This document shows positions 30,363-39,937 of a stretch of 64,000 nt of DNA, piece after piece. How positions within the stretch are numbered: the first letter of the stretch is position 1; every line of letters starts with the position of its first letter. Source of the stretch: an uncultured Spirochaetota bacterium (GTDB lineage Bacteria > Spirochaetota > Spirochaetia > SZUA-6 > CAVTHK01); contig CAVTHK010000011.1 of NCBI GenBank assembly GCA_963734495.1, positions 256,001-320,000 on the forward strand, given 5' to 3'. The notes under the pieces are model-generated. The model had not been told where the DNA came from, ran no database searches, and saw nothing but the letters and a program-made list of their open reading frames with translations. The position numbers and the translations under genes were made by a program.

Positions 30363-31668
30363 GGCGCCCCGAGCGCGGCGCAGCACGACGAGGGGACGGG
30401 CAGCCGTCCCCTCTTTTTGTCACCGCGCGCGGCGGCCGGGCGGCGATCTCGTCGAAGAACCGGATGCAGGCGAGCAGCGCGCGGGGGACGTGGAAGCAGC
30501 CCTTCCACTTCCCGCCCTTCTGCGTCGTCGACGCGTCTCCCGCCCGGTGGAGGTACCCGAACCACTCGCCGTACCCGGGGTCGTCGAAACGGGCCCAGAC
30601 GTAGTCGTCCACGCGCCGGAACCAGTCCCAGAAGACGGCGCGGCCGGTCACCTTGTACGCGAGCAGGAACGCGCAGAGCGCCTCGGCGTGCACCCACCAG
30701 AGCTTCATGTCCCACTCGAGCTTTTCGGGAGGCAGCCCTTCAGAGTCCATATAGTAGTAGAACCCGCCGAACGTCCGGTCCCAGCCGCGCTCCGCGGTCC
30801 AGAGCATCGCCTCGGTCGCGAGGTCGATGAGCTGCTGCCGGTCGCTCCGCCCCGCGTCGCCCTCGACGGCCCTCAGGATGAACCACAGCACCTCGAGCGC
30901 GTGGCCGGGGGTGAGCAGGCGCCCTTCCATGCAATCGGGGTGCGATCCGTCGGCGAACACGCGCTCGAACACCGCCTTCCGCTCGCGGTCGATGTGCAGC
31001 CTGGTCACCTGGGAGATGGCGTCGTCGAGAAACCGCCTCTTGAGCGCCGGCTCGACGAGGTCGCCCATCTCCTCGGCGAGCCACACCTGGATCATCGGGA
31101 AGGCCATGGCCTTGATCGGCCGGTTCGCGCCGATCTGCTTGGTGTAGCGGCCCTTGGGGTTGTCCCTGCGCTCCTGGATCCTGCGGTAGGTGGCGACCGC
31201 GATCTCGCTGGCCTCCCCGTCCCCGGTGGCGCGGGCGTACTCCGCGAAGCCCGCGGCCGCGAAGCAGTCGGCAAAGATGTTGTACGCCTGCACGAGAGGC
31301 TTGCCGGCCCGATCGAGGGCGAAATACCAGTCGCCCGCCCCGTCGCGGCCGTGGCGCTTCATGAAATCGACGCCCGAGCGGGCGTACTCGAGCCAGGTCG
31401 GGTCCTGCTTCCACGTGTTGTAGAGCTCCGAGAGCATCCAGACGCCGCGGCCCTGCATCCACACGAACTTGTCGGCGTCGAACACCCGGCCGTCGCGCTC
31501 GAGGCAGGTCCAGTATCCGCCGTGCTCGCGGTCGAGCGAATGGGCGAGCCAGAAAGGGATCACGCTTTCCTCGAGATTGCGCCTGTATTTCTCGCGGAGC
31601 CTGGCGATGTCGGCGGGGGACGGCGGAGAAGCGGGAGCCGGCGGGCCGGCCGCGGGGACCTGGTTCAT
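30349..31668 (-). CDS. N-acylglucosamine 2-epimerase (AGE family); true stop may be the TGA at 30420-30422
   Basis: PFWL.HSLD, KFVWMQGR, PGHALE, KLWWVHAE, GEWFGYL, KGGKWKGCFHVPR. Confidence 0.92.
   Translation of the reverse strand: MNQVPAAGPPAPASPPSPADIARLREKYRRNLEESVIPFWLAHSLDREHGGYWTCLERDGRVFDADKFVWMQGRGVWMLSELYNTWKQDPTWLEYARSGVDFMKRHGRDGAGDWYFALDRAGKPLVQAYNIFADCFAAAGFAEYARATGDGEASEIAVATYRRIQERRDNPKGRYTKQIGANRPIKAMAFPMIQVWLAEEMGDLVEPALKRRFLDDAISQVTRLHIDRERKAVFERVFADGSHPDCMEGRLLTPGHALEVLWFILRAVEGDAGRSDRQQLIDLATEAMLWTAERGWDRTFGGFYYYMDSEGLPPEKLEWDMKLWWVHAEALCAFLLAYKVTGRAVFWDWFRRVDDYVWARFDDPGYGEWFGYLHRAGDASTTQKGGKWKGCFHVPRALLACIRFFDEIAARPPRAVTKRGDGCPSPRRAAPRSGRPTSS
30390..30418 (+). terminator. 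Rho-independent terminator
   Basis: 10-bp stem GAGGGGACGG/CCGTCCCCTC, GCAG loop, followed by TTTTT. Confidence 0.75.
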
Positions 31669-31718
31669 TCTAGTTCTCCTTGACTCGACCTTGAGGGACG
31701 CGACTCACTGTCGGGCGC

Positions 31719-32573
31719 CTACTTGATGGCGCCCGCGGTCATCCCGCGGATGAAGTAGCGGGACATGAACAGGTAGAGCGCGAGCATCGGGAGGATCGCG
31801 ATCGAGAGGCCCGTGAAGAGCAGGCTCCAGTTGGTGCTGTACTGCCCGAAGAACGTGGTCAGCCCCACCGGGAGCGTCTTGAGGCGATCGCTCTGCAGGA
31901 ACACGAGGGGGAAGAAGAAGTCGTTCCACAGGGGGACGGCGTTGTAGATCGTCACCAGCGCGATCGCGGGTGCGGCCACGGGCATGATGATGCGCCGGTA
32001 GATGCTCCAGTCGCTGCAGCCGTCGATGCGCGCGGCGTGCTCCATGTCGAGCGGGATCGACTTCATGAAGCCGGAGAGGATGAACACCGTGGAAGGCAGG
32101 CCCATGGCGAGGAAGATCAGGATGATGGAGGCCCGGGTGTCCATGAGCCCGAGCCGCTTGATCAGCAGGAACAGCGGGATGATCGCGGCCTTGAGCGGCA
32201 GCATGATCCCGCTGAGGAACAGCATGTACACCAGGGTGCGCAGCCGGTAGTCGTAGCGCGAGACCCCGTAGGCGGCCATCGAGCCCAGGAGCAGCACGAA
32301 GACCATCGCGACGAACGTCACGAACAGGCTGTTGGCGAAGTAGCGGCCGAACCCCTTGTCGACCCAGACGACCCGGTAGTTGTCGGGGACGGGGTTTGCC
32401 GGGAGCGCGAACGGGTTCTGGAAGATCTCGCGCGTCGTCTTGAACGACGACAGGATCATGTTGAGGAGCGGGTAGAAGATCAGGACCGTGTAGACGGCCA
32501 TGGCCGCGAATGCCAGGGTGAGCACGACGGCGCGGCCCGCGCCCCCGCCGCGGATGCTCAGGTCGGTCGTCAC
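31719..32573 (-). CDS. Sugar ABC permease
   Basis: GTGA overlap; EHAARIDGCS, WNDFFFP, GMTAGAIK. Confidence 0.9.
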   Translation of the reverse strand: MTTDLSIRGGGAGRAVVLTLAFAAMAVYTVLIFYPLLNMILSSFKTTREIFQNPFALPANPVPDNYRVVWVDKGFGRYFANSLFVTFVAMVFVLLLGSMAAYGVSRYDYRLRTLVYMLFLSGIMLPLKAAIIPLFLLIKRLGLMDTRASIILIFLAMGLPSTVFILSGFMKSIPLDMEHAARIDGCSDWSIYRRIIMPVAAPAIALVTIYNAVPLWNDFFFPLVFLQSDRLKTLPVGLTTFFGQYSTNWSLLFTGLSIAILPMLALYLFMSRYFIRGMTAGAIK

Positions 32574-33484
32574 AGCTCGACCTCCCGGCCGCGCGTGCCG
32601 GTGATCGAGCCGACGGAAGCCACGAACGTGAGGAGGTAGATGACCACGCCGATCGCGCTGCCGATGCCGATCTGCGGGTTGCCCGAGTCCACGGAGCCGA
32701 AGGCGGTCCGGTAGAAGAGGGTCCCGATCGTGTCCGTCGAGTAGTTGGGCGCGCCGTCGAGGCCCGCCATCGTGTACACCTGCTCGAACACATTGAGGCT
32801 GCCGATGATCGTGAGCACGGTGATCACGGTGATCGAAGGCACGATGAGCGGAAAGACGATCCGCCAGAACATCTTCCACTCCCGCACGCCGTCCAGGTAG
32901 GCCGCCTCGAAGTAGTCGTTGGGGATCGCGTTGATCGCGGCGAGGAAGACGAGCGACGGGAATCCCACCCATCGCCAGATGTTCACGACGATGATGGAGA
33001 AGGTCGCGATCGACTCCTCGCCGAGCCAGGCCCGCGTCCAGTCGCCGCGTCCGATGAGCTTGAGGAACGCGTTCACGAGGCCGCTCGGCTTGAGGTAGAG
33101 CCCCCAGAGGAAGCCCACGGCCACGATCGAGAAGAGCACCGGGATGAAGAACACGCGCCTGAAGAACGCATGCCCGGCGACGCGGCGGCTGAGGAGGAAC
33201 CCGAACAGCAGGCCCGTCGTGTTCTGGAGCAGCATGGTCACGAGAAACCACTTGGCGTTGTTGCCTATCGCGCTGAAGAAGCGGTCGCGGTAGGGGAACG
33301 TCCCGAAGATCTTCCGGAAGTTTTCCAGCCCGATGTACCGGCCCCGGATCAGCTGCGTCCACTCGAAGAGGCTGTTGAACAGCGACACGAAGAGCGGAAG
33401 CAGGATGAAGACGGCGACGACAGCCATGCCCGGCGACACGAACAGGAGGATCCACAGTCCCTTGCGGACTTCGCTTCTCTTCAC
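32570..33484 (-). CDS. Sugar ABC permease
   Basis: FFIPV, WRWVG, FEAAYLDG, IIGSLNVFEQV. Confidence 0.9.
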   Translation of the reverse strand: MKRSEVRKGLWILLFVSPGMAVVAVFILLPLFVSLFNSLFEWTQLIRGRYIGLENFRKIFGTFPYRDRFFSAIGNNAKWFLVTMLLQNTTGLLFGFLLSRRVAGHAFFRRVFFIPVLFSIVAVGFLWGLYLKPSGLVNAFLKLIGRGDWTRAWLGEESIATFSIIVVNIWRWVGFPSLVFLAAINAIPNDYFEAAYLDGVREWKMFWRIVFPLIVPSITVITVLTIIGSLNVFEQVYTMAGLDGAPNYSTDTIGTLFYRTAFGSVDSGNPQIGIGSAIGVVIYLLTFVASVGSITGTRGREVEL

Positions 33485-33559
33485 GGGCGCGCTCCGGTGT
33501 CGTCGGCTCGCGGGGCGAGGCGAGGGGCCGGGCCGGCGGCGCCGGCCCCTCCTTCGACC

Positions 33560-34844
33560 TTACTTCTTCTTGAACGGCTCGTAGTAGGTGGCGATGCCGT
33601 CCTGGATCTGCTTGGCCACCTGCGCCGGCGTCAGGTTGCCCGCCATCATGCCCTGCAGCGCGGCCTGCGCAAGCGTGGACCCCGTGGGCTGCTGGTACCG
33701 GAACCCCACCAGGAAGACGTAGGGCGTCTGGTTCTTCTGCAGCGTGAGGACCTTGGCGATGAACGGATCGGCGCTGGTGTCGACGCCCGGGACCGCGGAG
33801 ACCTGCTTGAGCGTCTTGATGAAGAAGTCGCCCGTGGTCTTGCTCGCGAAGAAGCGCAGCAGCTTCGCGGCCTGCTCCTTGTGGGTCGACTTGGAGCTCA
33901 TGCTGAAGTTGCCGTCCGCGTACGTCGAGACATAGCGCGTGTCGCCGGCCCTGGCCACCGGGCCCGGCATGAAGTCGAACTGCAGGTCCTTGTTCTGCTT
34001 GGCAAAGTAGCCGGCCTCGAAGGAGCCGCCGACAAAGTGGCCGGCCTGCTCGTTGATGAAGGCCGACTGCATGTCGGTGTAGGCGACTCCCATGTAGAGG
34101 TTGGGCAGGTAAGGGGCGAGGTCCTTGAGCCGCGCGATCGCGTTGACGAAGCGCGGGTCCTCAAAGGTGGTCTGGCCCTTGACCACGGCGTCGAAGAAAT
34201 CGTTCGCGCCGTAGAAGTTGGGGCACAGCGAGCCCATCGCCACCTCGAGGGTCCAGCCTTCCTTGCCGCCGTTGGCGAGGGGCTGGATGCCGGCCTTTTT
34301 CATCGCGGCGAGGTTCGCCAGCCACTGGTCCCAGGTCTCGGGCACCGTGAGGCCGAGCTTGTCGTACATCTTCTTGTTGTAGTAGACGCCCAGGGTCTGG
34401 CTCGCGAAGGGGACGCCGTAGACCTTGCCGTCCTTGATCGAGGTCGCGCCGCGCACCGGCCCCGCGGCGAAGCCCTTGAGCTCGGGCACCCACGACTCCA
34501 GCGGCTCCATGTAGCCGGACTGCGCGAACGTCTCGAGCCCGCCGTACGCGCGGCTCTGGAACACGTCCGGGCCCGAGCCGCCGCTCAGCGCCGCCGAGAG
34601 GATCGTGTTGTACTCGGTGTTCTTCTGCGCCGTCTGCACGACCGGTGATGCCGGGGTTCTGCTGCTGGAACGTTGCGAGAAGGCCGTTGTACGCCTCCAC
34701 GTCCTCGGGCCGCCACGTCCAGAACTGGATGGTGGCCTTCTGGCCGGGCTGCGCCGCCCCTCCCGCCTCCTTGCCGCCGGCTGCGAACGCGAAGGCCGCG
34801 AGCGCGACGAGCGCCGCAAGGACCAGAACGATTCTTCTGTTCAC
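33560..34844 (-). CDS. Sugar ABC solute-binding protein (frameshift near 34643)
   Basis: Signal peptide ..AFAFAAGGKE; WTWRPED, GPDVF, YGVPFASQ, YYNK..PETW. Confidence 0.88.
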
Positions 34845-34876
34845 GAGTCCCTCCGATTCGAAAGGAATATGCGATG

Positions 34877-34905
34877 ATTATAGGAATGGTCCGGTGCGCG
34901 GTCAA
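34877..34905 (-). promoter_or_regulatory. sigma70 promoter of ABC-AGE operon
   Basis: TTGACC-17 bp-TATAAT on minus strand. Confidence 0.75.
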
Positions 34906-35000
34906 GAAAACGGGGGCCGTGAGGGCCGTGAGGGGCGTGCGCCCGCCCGCGCGCCGTCTGCGCGCGGTCTGCGCAGCCGTCGACAGCCGTCGCCGCGCGT

Positions 35001-35029
35001 TTGACGGGAGGGTCCGCCGGGTTTACCGT
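35001..35029 (+). promoter_or_regulatory. sigma70 promoter, probably leaderless transcript
   Basis: TTGACG-17 bp-TACCGT, 6 nt before ATG 35036, no SD. Confidence 0.55.
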
Positions 35030-35035
35030 GACCCC

Positions 35036-35905
35036 ATGGCAACGATACGCAGCGCGGGGATCGAGGTCTCGGCAAAAACGCTCGGCGCGGAGCTCACCAG
35101 CATCAAGTCGGCCGACGGGACGGAGTACCTCTGGCACGGGGACCCGAAGTTCTGGGGGCGCCAGTCGCCGCTGCTCTTCCCGATCGTGGGCGCGCTTCCG
35201 GGCGGGGTGTACACGCACAGGGGAGCGAGCTACAAGCTCGGGAACCACGGCTTCGCCAGGGAATGCGAATTCGTCCTCGTCAAGGAAAAGCCCAGCGAGA
35301 TGATCTACGAGCTGCGGAGCAGCGAGAAGACCCTCGCCCAGTACCCGTTTCCCTTCGTCCTGCGCGTCGCGTACAAGGTGCGGAAGGCCGGGCTGACCGT
35401 CGAGTACACGGTGCGGAACAGCGGGGAGGAAACGATGATCTTCTCGATCGGCGCGCACCCCGCTTTCCGCGCGCCGATCGCGGCGGACGAGAGCCGCGGG
35501 GATTTCGACCTGATTTTCGAGAAGAAGGAAGACATCCGACGCCACTACCTCACGGCCGACAACGTGCGCAGCGGCGAGTCGGAGCCGTTCCTGCGGGGGC
35601 AGGATCGAGTCGCGGTGACGCCCGAGCTCTTCGAGAGAGGAGCGATCGTGCTCATCGACCACGTCTCGCGGCAGCTCTCCCTGCGCAGCCGCAAGTCCGG
35701 CCGCAGCGTGCGCGTGCGGTTCGACGGTTTCCCCTACCTCGGCATCTGGTCGCCGAAAGGCGACACGCCGTTCGTCTGCCTGGAGCCGTGGTACGGCGTG
35801 ATGCCGCTCGCAGGCTCGTCGCAGGAGCTGGCCGGCAAGGAAGGCTGCCTCAGCCTCGCCGCGGGCCAGGAGTTCCGCGCCGCGTACCAGGTCGATATCG
35901 GCTGA
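35036..35905 (+). CDS. Aldose 1-epimerase family protein (LacX-like)
   Basis: GAELTSI, EYLW.GD..W..QSP.LFPIVG, HGFAR, GAHPAF, FVCLEPW. Confidence 0.93.
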   Translation: MATIRSAGIEVSAKTLGAELTSIKSADGTEYLWHGDPKFWGRQSPLLFPIVGALPGGVYTHRGASYKLGNHGFARECEFVLVKEKPSEMIYELRSSEKTLAQYPFPFVLRVAYKVRKAGLTVEYTVRNSGEETMIFSIGAHPAFRAPIAADESRGDFDLIFEKKEDIRRHYLTADNVRSGESEPFLRGQDRVAVTPELFERGAIVLIDHVSRQLSLRSRKSGRSVRVRFDGFPYLGIWSPKGDTPFVCLEPWYGVMPLAGSSQELAGKEGCLSLAAGQEFRAAYQVDIG

Positions 35906-36583
35906 CCGCCGGGGACCCGAGCGCGCAGGACCTCAGCTCTTCGACGCTCACCGTCGTGAAGTCGCGGTGGACCGCGCTGCAGCCGACTGCGCGCGGCAGC
36001 TCCTCCGGGTCCGCGCCCGCCGTGATCACGACGTAAGGCATCCCGGCGGCGCGGGCCGCGAGGAATCCGGAGATCGAGTCTTCGAGGAGCACGCACGCCC
36101 CGGGCGCCACCTCGAGCTCCGCCGCCGCGCGCAGCAGGATCTCCGGGTCCGGCTTTCCCCTCGAGACGTGCGAGACGTTGAGGATCGTCCTGAACCTGTT
36201 CCGGATGCGCAGGCCGTCCAGCACCATGTCGACGTTCTCCGGCGGCGAATTGGACACGGCGGCGCACGGTACGCCCGCCTCGGCGAGCGCGGCCAGGAGG
36301 GCGGAAAGGCCCGCGATCTCGCGCATCACGGGGGCGAACGTCTCGCGATAGATGGCTTCCTTCTCGTCGGAGATACGGGCCGCGAGCCGGGCCCCGTCCT
36401 GCGGCCCGAAGAGGAAGCGGGCGTTCGCGTCGTTCGGCCGCGAGTGGATGTGCCTGCGATAGGTCTCGGGCGTGATCTCGACCCCGTGCCTGCGCCCGAG
36501 CTCGATCCACGCCCTCTCGTGATAGGCGCGGTTGTCCACCATGGTGCCGTCCACGTCGAAGAGGACGGCCCACCTGCTGTCAT
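35850..36583 (-). CDS. HAD-family phosphatase (beta-PGM/CbbY-like; frameshift near 36572)
   Basis: FDVDGT, VSNS, GKPDPE, LEDS..G..AA..AG; ATG overlaps the upstream TGA. Confidence 0.88.
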
Positions 36584-37227
36584 TCTGCAGAGCTTTCCTC
36601 CGTGCCTCGCGCCTTGAGCCTGAGGCCGCCCGCGCACAGGAAGAGCGAGGCGACGATCAGTATGAGGTGATACAGGCCGTTGCGGTCAACGGGCGAGAGC
36701 GCGTCGACACCGGCCGCCTGGACTGCGGACGCCGCGAAGCTCAGGGCGAGGCCCAGCGCCATCTGCCAGGAGCCTGAGCCGGACCGTGCCCCGGCCGCGC
36801 TCAAGACCAGGAGCGCGACCGCAACCGGCGTGTAGTCGAGGATGACGACGACGAAGCTGTCGATCCGGATCGCGAGAAACGCGAATACGGCAAGCTGCGC
36901 CAGGCCGGCGGCCAGCCACGGCGTCCACCAGGTGCCAGGCGCGAACTGCCTGACAGTGGTGAGCAGGGTGAAGAGCGCGAGCACGCCGGCTGCCAGCCAG
37001 GTGGCCTTCTGCATGACGGTCCTTGCGAGACCGCCGCCCCTCGGCTCGAAAAAGCCGTGGTCTATTCCTCCCAGAAGCGCGCTCACTCCCATGGCGAGCA
37101 TCGCCATCGCCCACAGCCAGGCCGCCGACCTGACCGACGGCCTCCTGCCGAGCAGAAGCCCGGCGAGCAGGAACACTTCGCAGGCCCATACGAAATTGGT
37201 GATCGCCGTGATCGCGAGAGGTGTCAC
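36580..37227 (-). CDS. 7-TM membrane protein, DUF6962/CREST-superfamily-like
   Basis: About 7 hydrophobic helices; 'SALLGGIDHG' and 'NGLYH' His motifs. Confidence 0.55.
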   Translation of the reverse strand: MTPLAITAITNFVWACEVFLLAGLLLGRRPSVRSAAWLWAMAMLAMGVSALLGGIDHGFFEPRGGGLARTVMQKATWLAAGVLALFTLLTTVRQFAPGTWWTPWLAAGLAQLAVFAFLAIRIDSFVVVILDYTPVAVALLVLSAAGARSGSGSWQMALGLALSFAASAVQAAGVDALSPVDRNGLYHLILIVASLFLCAGGLRLKARGTEESSAE

Positions 37228-37268
37228 GCGAGACCCAGTAGAGCCACCTTTCCGGTCCGCGGTCAACC

Positions 37269-38276
37269 CTACCGGGGATGACCTTCGCCGCGAAGGTGTG
37301 CCAGGTGGCCTTCCGCCGCCTGGTAGCACCGGCTGTCGAACTGCTTGCCGAAGAAGAGCTCGACGGAGTCCGCGAAGAGCCGGTGCCACGCCTCGCGCGC
37401 CTCCGCGGTCACCGGGTGCGTGGCGAGCCCGTGCTTCTTCATCACGGCGATGGCGTCGCCATCGGCTGCCCGGAAACTCTCGCTGTTGGCCTTGGTCATC
37501 TCGAGGGCCGCGCGTTCGAGCCGCGGCCGCAGGCCGGGCGGGATCGAGTCCCAGGTGCGCGCGCTGACGACCAGGCCCCCGATGAACGGCGCCAGCTTCA
37601 GATCCGTCATGTTGCCGGCCGCGGCGAAATACTGGTTCGCAGCCGCCACGAGCGGGCTCGTGATGAACGCGTCGATGCCGCCCGTCTGCAGCTGCATCAT
37701 GACGTCGGCCGTGCCGAGCGTGACCGGCTGAAACCCCAGCTCGCGCCAGGCCTTCGCTTCGTCGGACCTGCCCTGCCATACCCACATCTTCTGCCTGCGG
37801 AGGTCATCGGGCCCGATGACCGGCCTGCGCGCGAAGACGTAGGCCCAGCCTGCGCGGGTCCACGCGAGGAGCTTGAAGCCCCTGTCCTCGAACTCCTTGG
37901 CGAGCTCGGGCGTCATCCTCTCTATCAGGTAGTCCAGCTCCTCATCGTCGGACACGAGCAGCGGCACCTGCAGAGCCAGAGACCCCGGAGCGATCGTCGA
38001 GAGGCCCGCGCCGGAGAGCGCCGCGGCTCCGAGCTGGCCTATCCGGATCTTGCGCAGCATGTCGTCTTCGTCTCCGACCACGCCTCCGGAGAAGATCCTG
38101 AGCGTCACGCGTCCCGCCGAGAGGAGACTCCACTCGGACGCCAGCTTCCGCAGCCCCTGCTCCCACGGCGAGCCCGCGGGCGCAAGAGTGCCCAGCTTGA
38201 TGACCTGTCCGTTTCCGCCTGCCGCAGCCAGGCAGAGAGCCCCGAGAATCACGGCAACGCGCTTCGCAGTCTTCAT
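37269..38276 (-). CDS. dctP: TRAP solute-binding protein DctP, TatP(T)-like subfamily
   Basis: IKLGTLAPAGSPW, GGVVGDEDDMLRKIRIGQL, PDDLR..KMW, LQTGGID; GGAGGAG RBS. Confidence 0.85.
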   Translation of the reverse strand: MKTAKRVAVILGALCLAAAGGNGQVIKLGTLAPAGSPWEQGLRKLASEWSLLSAGRVTLRIFSGGVVGDEDDMLRKIRIGQLGAAALSGAGLSTIAPGSLALQVPLLVSDDEELDYLIERMTPELAKEFEDRGFKLLAWTRAGWAYVFARRPVIGPDDLRRQKMWVWQGRSDEAKAWRELGFQPVTLGTADVMMQLQTGGIDAFITSPLVAAANQYFAAAGNMTDLKLAPFIGGLVVSARTWDSIPPGLRPRLERAALEMTKANSESFRAADGDAIAVMKKHGLATHPVTAEAREAWHRLFADSVELFFGKQFDSRCYQAAEGHLAHLRGEGHPR

Positions 38277-38289
38277 GCTCCTCCTCCCC

Positions 38290-39438
38290 TTACGCGGCGG
38301 CACGCTGCTGCCGGTTCGCCGACTCCCAGATCATCTCGGCCACCTCCCACACGGCATCGGGACGAGCGAGGCGTCTCGCGTTGGCCGCCATGCAGGGCAG
38401 CTCGTCACGGCATGACCCCAGCCATTCGGCCACCGTGTCGGCGACGCGCCGCGGGGTGGGCGCGTACGCCCCCGCGCCGCTCCGCTCTACGAGCGTGACG
38501 TTCGGAGTCTCCTGAGCCGCGATGGCGTCGTAGAGGATGATGGGCATGCCCACGACGCACGCCTCGGCGACGGTGTTGGCCCCCGCCTTGCCGATCAGGA
38601 TGTCCGAAGCCGCCATCATGGCCGGCATGTTGCCGACGAACGGGTAGACGCGGACCGGTGTCTGCCACTGCCTGGACAGGAGCCGCTGCCGCAGAGCCGC
38701 GTTCCGCCCCGCGACGACCAGAAGCTGGCATCGCAGCCGACGCGCGTCGATGGCCTCGACGACGTGGTCGAGCGAGCCCATCCCGTCGCCGCCGCCCGTC
38801 AACAGAAGGGTCGGCAGCCCGGCGTCGAGGCCGAGCTCCTGTCGCGCCTGTGCGCGCGACGGAAGCCCTTCGGAGAAGCGCGGGTGCACGACAAAGCCCG
38901 TAACCCGCAGCTTCGCCGCGGGCAGGCCGGCCCGGCGGGCCTTTTCGTAGCCGGCGCGGGAAGGCACGCAGCAGAGATCCATCGCGGCGAGGTACCAGCT
39001 GATGTGCGCCGGGCCGAGCTCCGATGACACCGTCACGAGCGCCGGCCGGCAGGCGCGATCGCCAAGGGCGAGAGACGCCAGCTGAACGAACCACGGGTGC
39101 ACGCTTACGATCGCGTCGGCGCAGCAGCCCTCGAAGAGCTGTCGTGCCTTGTGCCTCAGGACCGTTTCGTACAGCACGTTCTGGGCGGCCCGCGTGCCCA
39201 ACCGGCTGTCCGTCAGGGTGAAGGCAAGCAGCCGGTACGTCGACGGGCTTCGCCTGATCCATGCCGGATAGACGTCGGGGAACCGGTTGAACGGAAACGG
39301 GCTGTATTCGCGAAAGCCGTCCACCAGATCCACGCGGCAGTCGTCGCGGTGGCGGCTGAGAAGGGCGTACTGGAGCGCTTCGGCCACGGCGCGGTGGCCG
39401 CCCCCCGTGTCGGACATCAGCACGAGAATGCGTTTCAT
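38290..39438 (-). CDS. Monogalactosyldiacylglycerol-synthase-like / UgtP-like GT28 glycosyltransferase
   Basis: LMSDTGGGHRA, IVSVHP, GGGDGMG, GRN, MAASD..GKAG..TVAEA, QE..N. Confidence 0.88.
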   Translation of the reverse strand: MKRILVLMSDTGGGHRAVAEALQYALLSRHRDDCRVDLVDGFREYSPFPFNRFPDVYPAWIRRSPSTYRLLAFTLTDSRLGTRAAQNVLYETVLRHKARQLFEGCCADAIVSVHPWFVQLASLALGDRACRPALVTVSSELGPAHISWYLAAMDLCCVPSRAGYEKARRAGLPAAKLRVTGFVVHPRFSEGLPSRAQARQELGLDAGLPTLLLTGGGDGMGSLDHVVEAIDARRLRCQLLVVAGRNAALRQRLLSRQWQTPVRVYPFVGNMPAMMAASDILIGKAGANTVAEACVVGMPIILYDAIAAQETPNVTLVERSGAGAYAPTPRRVADTVAEWLGSCRDELPCMAANARRLARPDAVWEVAEMIWESANRQQRAAA

Positions 39439-39641
39439 GGCGCGGCCTCCCGGGCCGCCGCGCCGGACGCGTTCGGCCCGTGCAGTGCCTCCTCGATCTC
39501 CGCCCACTCGCGTTCCTCGCGCGTGGGAATGCGCAACAGCCACCTGACGAAGTAAAGAGCCAGCGGCAGACAGGCGGCCGCGATCAAGCCGCCCAGGCCG
39601 AAGGCCCGTTCGACGCCGTCCCGGAAAGGCCGCCTTCCCAT
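39435..39641 (-). CDS. 68-aa single-TM small protein, first gene of the operon
   Basis: GGGAGG RBS, one hydrophobic helix then acidic segment; TGA overlaps the ATG of the GT28 gene. Confidence 0.6.
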   Translation of the reverse strand: MGRRPFRDGVERAFGLGGLIAAACLPLALYFVRWLLRIPTREEREWAEIEEALHGPNASGAAAREAAP

Positions 39642-39723
39642 GTTGCCTCCCTGGGAGTTCCGCGCTTCTCGCACACGGGCGAAACTCCGGCACGCGCTTT
39701 GTCGCGGGCATAGCCGGTAAACA

Positions 39724-39739
39724 ATCAAGCCCCGTGCCA
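39724..39739 (-). promoter_or_regulatory. Putative sigma54 -24/-12 promoter
   Basis: TGGCACGGGGCTTGAT versus consensus TGGCACG-N4-TTGCW (GA instead of GC at -12). Confidence 0.55.
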
Positions 39740-39817
39740 TCCGGGTTGTGTCGAGCCAACTCGCTTCGGGAAGGCGAGTTGCGTGCGAGCAGAGCGACGC
39801 AGGCGGCGTGGGTGGGC

Positions 39818-39842
39818 TGCAACGTCGGTTGCTCTGGTTGCA
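39818..39842. promoter_or_regulatory. Candidate enhancer (UAS) for the NtrC-type activator
   Basis: GCAAC-GTCG-GTTGC palindrome (39819-39832) nested in TGCAAC...GTTGCA, 80-100 bp upstream of the -24 box. Confidence 0.4.
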
Positions 39843-39937
39843 GGGGGAAGCGGGAAACGTCGCCTTGTGCCAGCCTCCGAACGCGTCTATCCTAGACGCG
39901 TACCAAAAAGTTCCTGGCCCCGGAAAAGGAGGCACCC

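Noticed and set aside
34913-34940. GGGCCGTGA 9-mer repeated about three times between divergent promoters
   Set aside because: Short, GC-rich and imperfect; cannot be distinguished from chance
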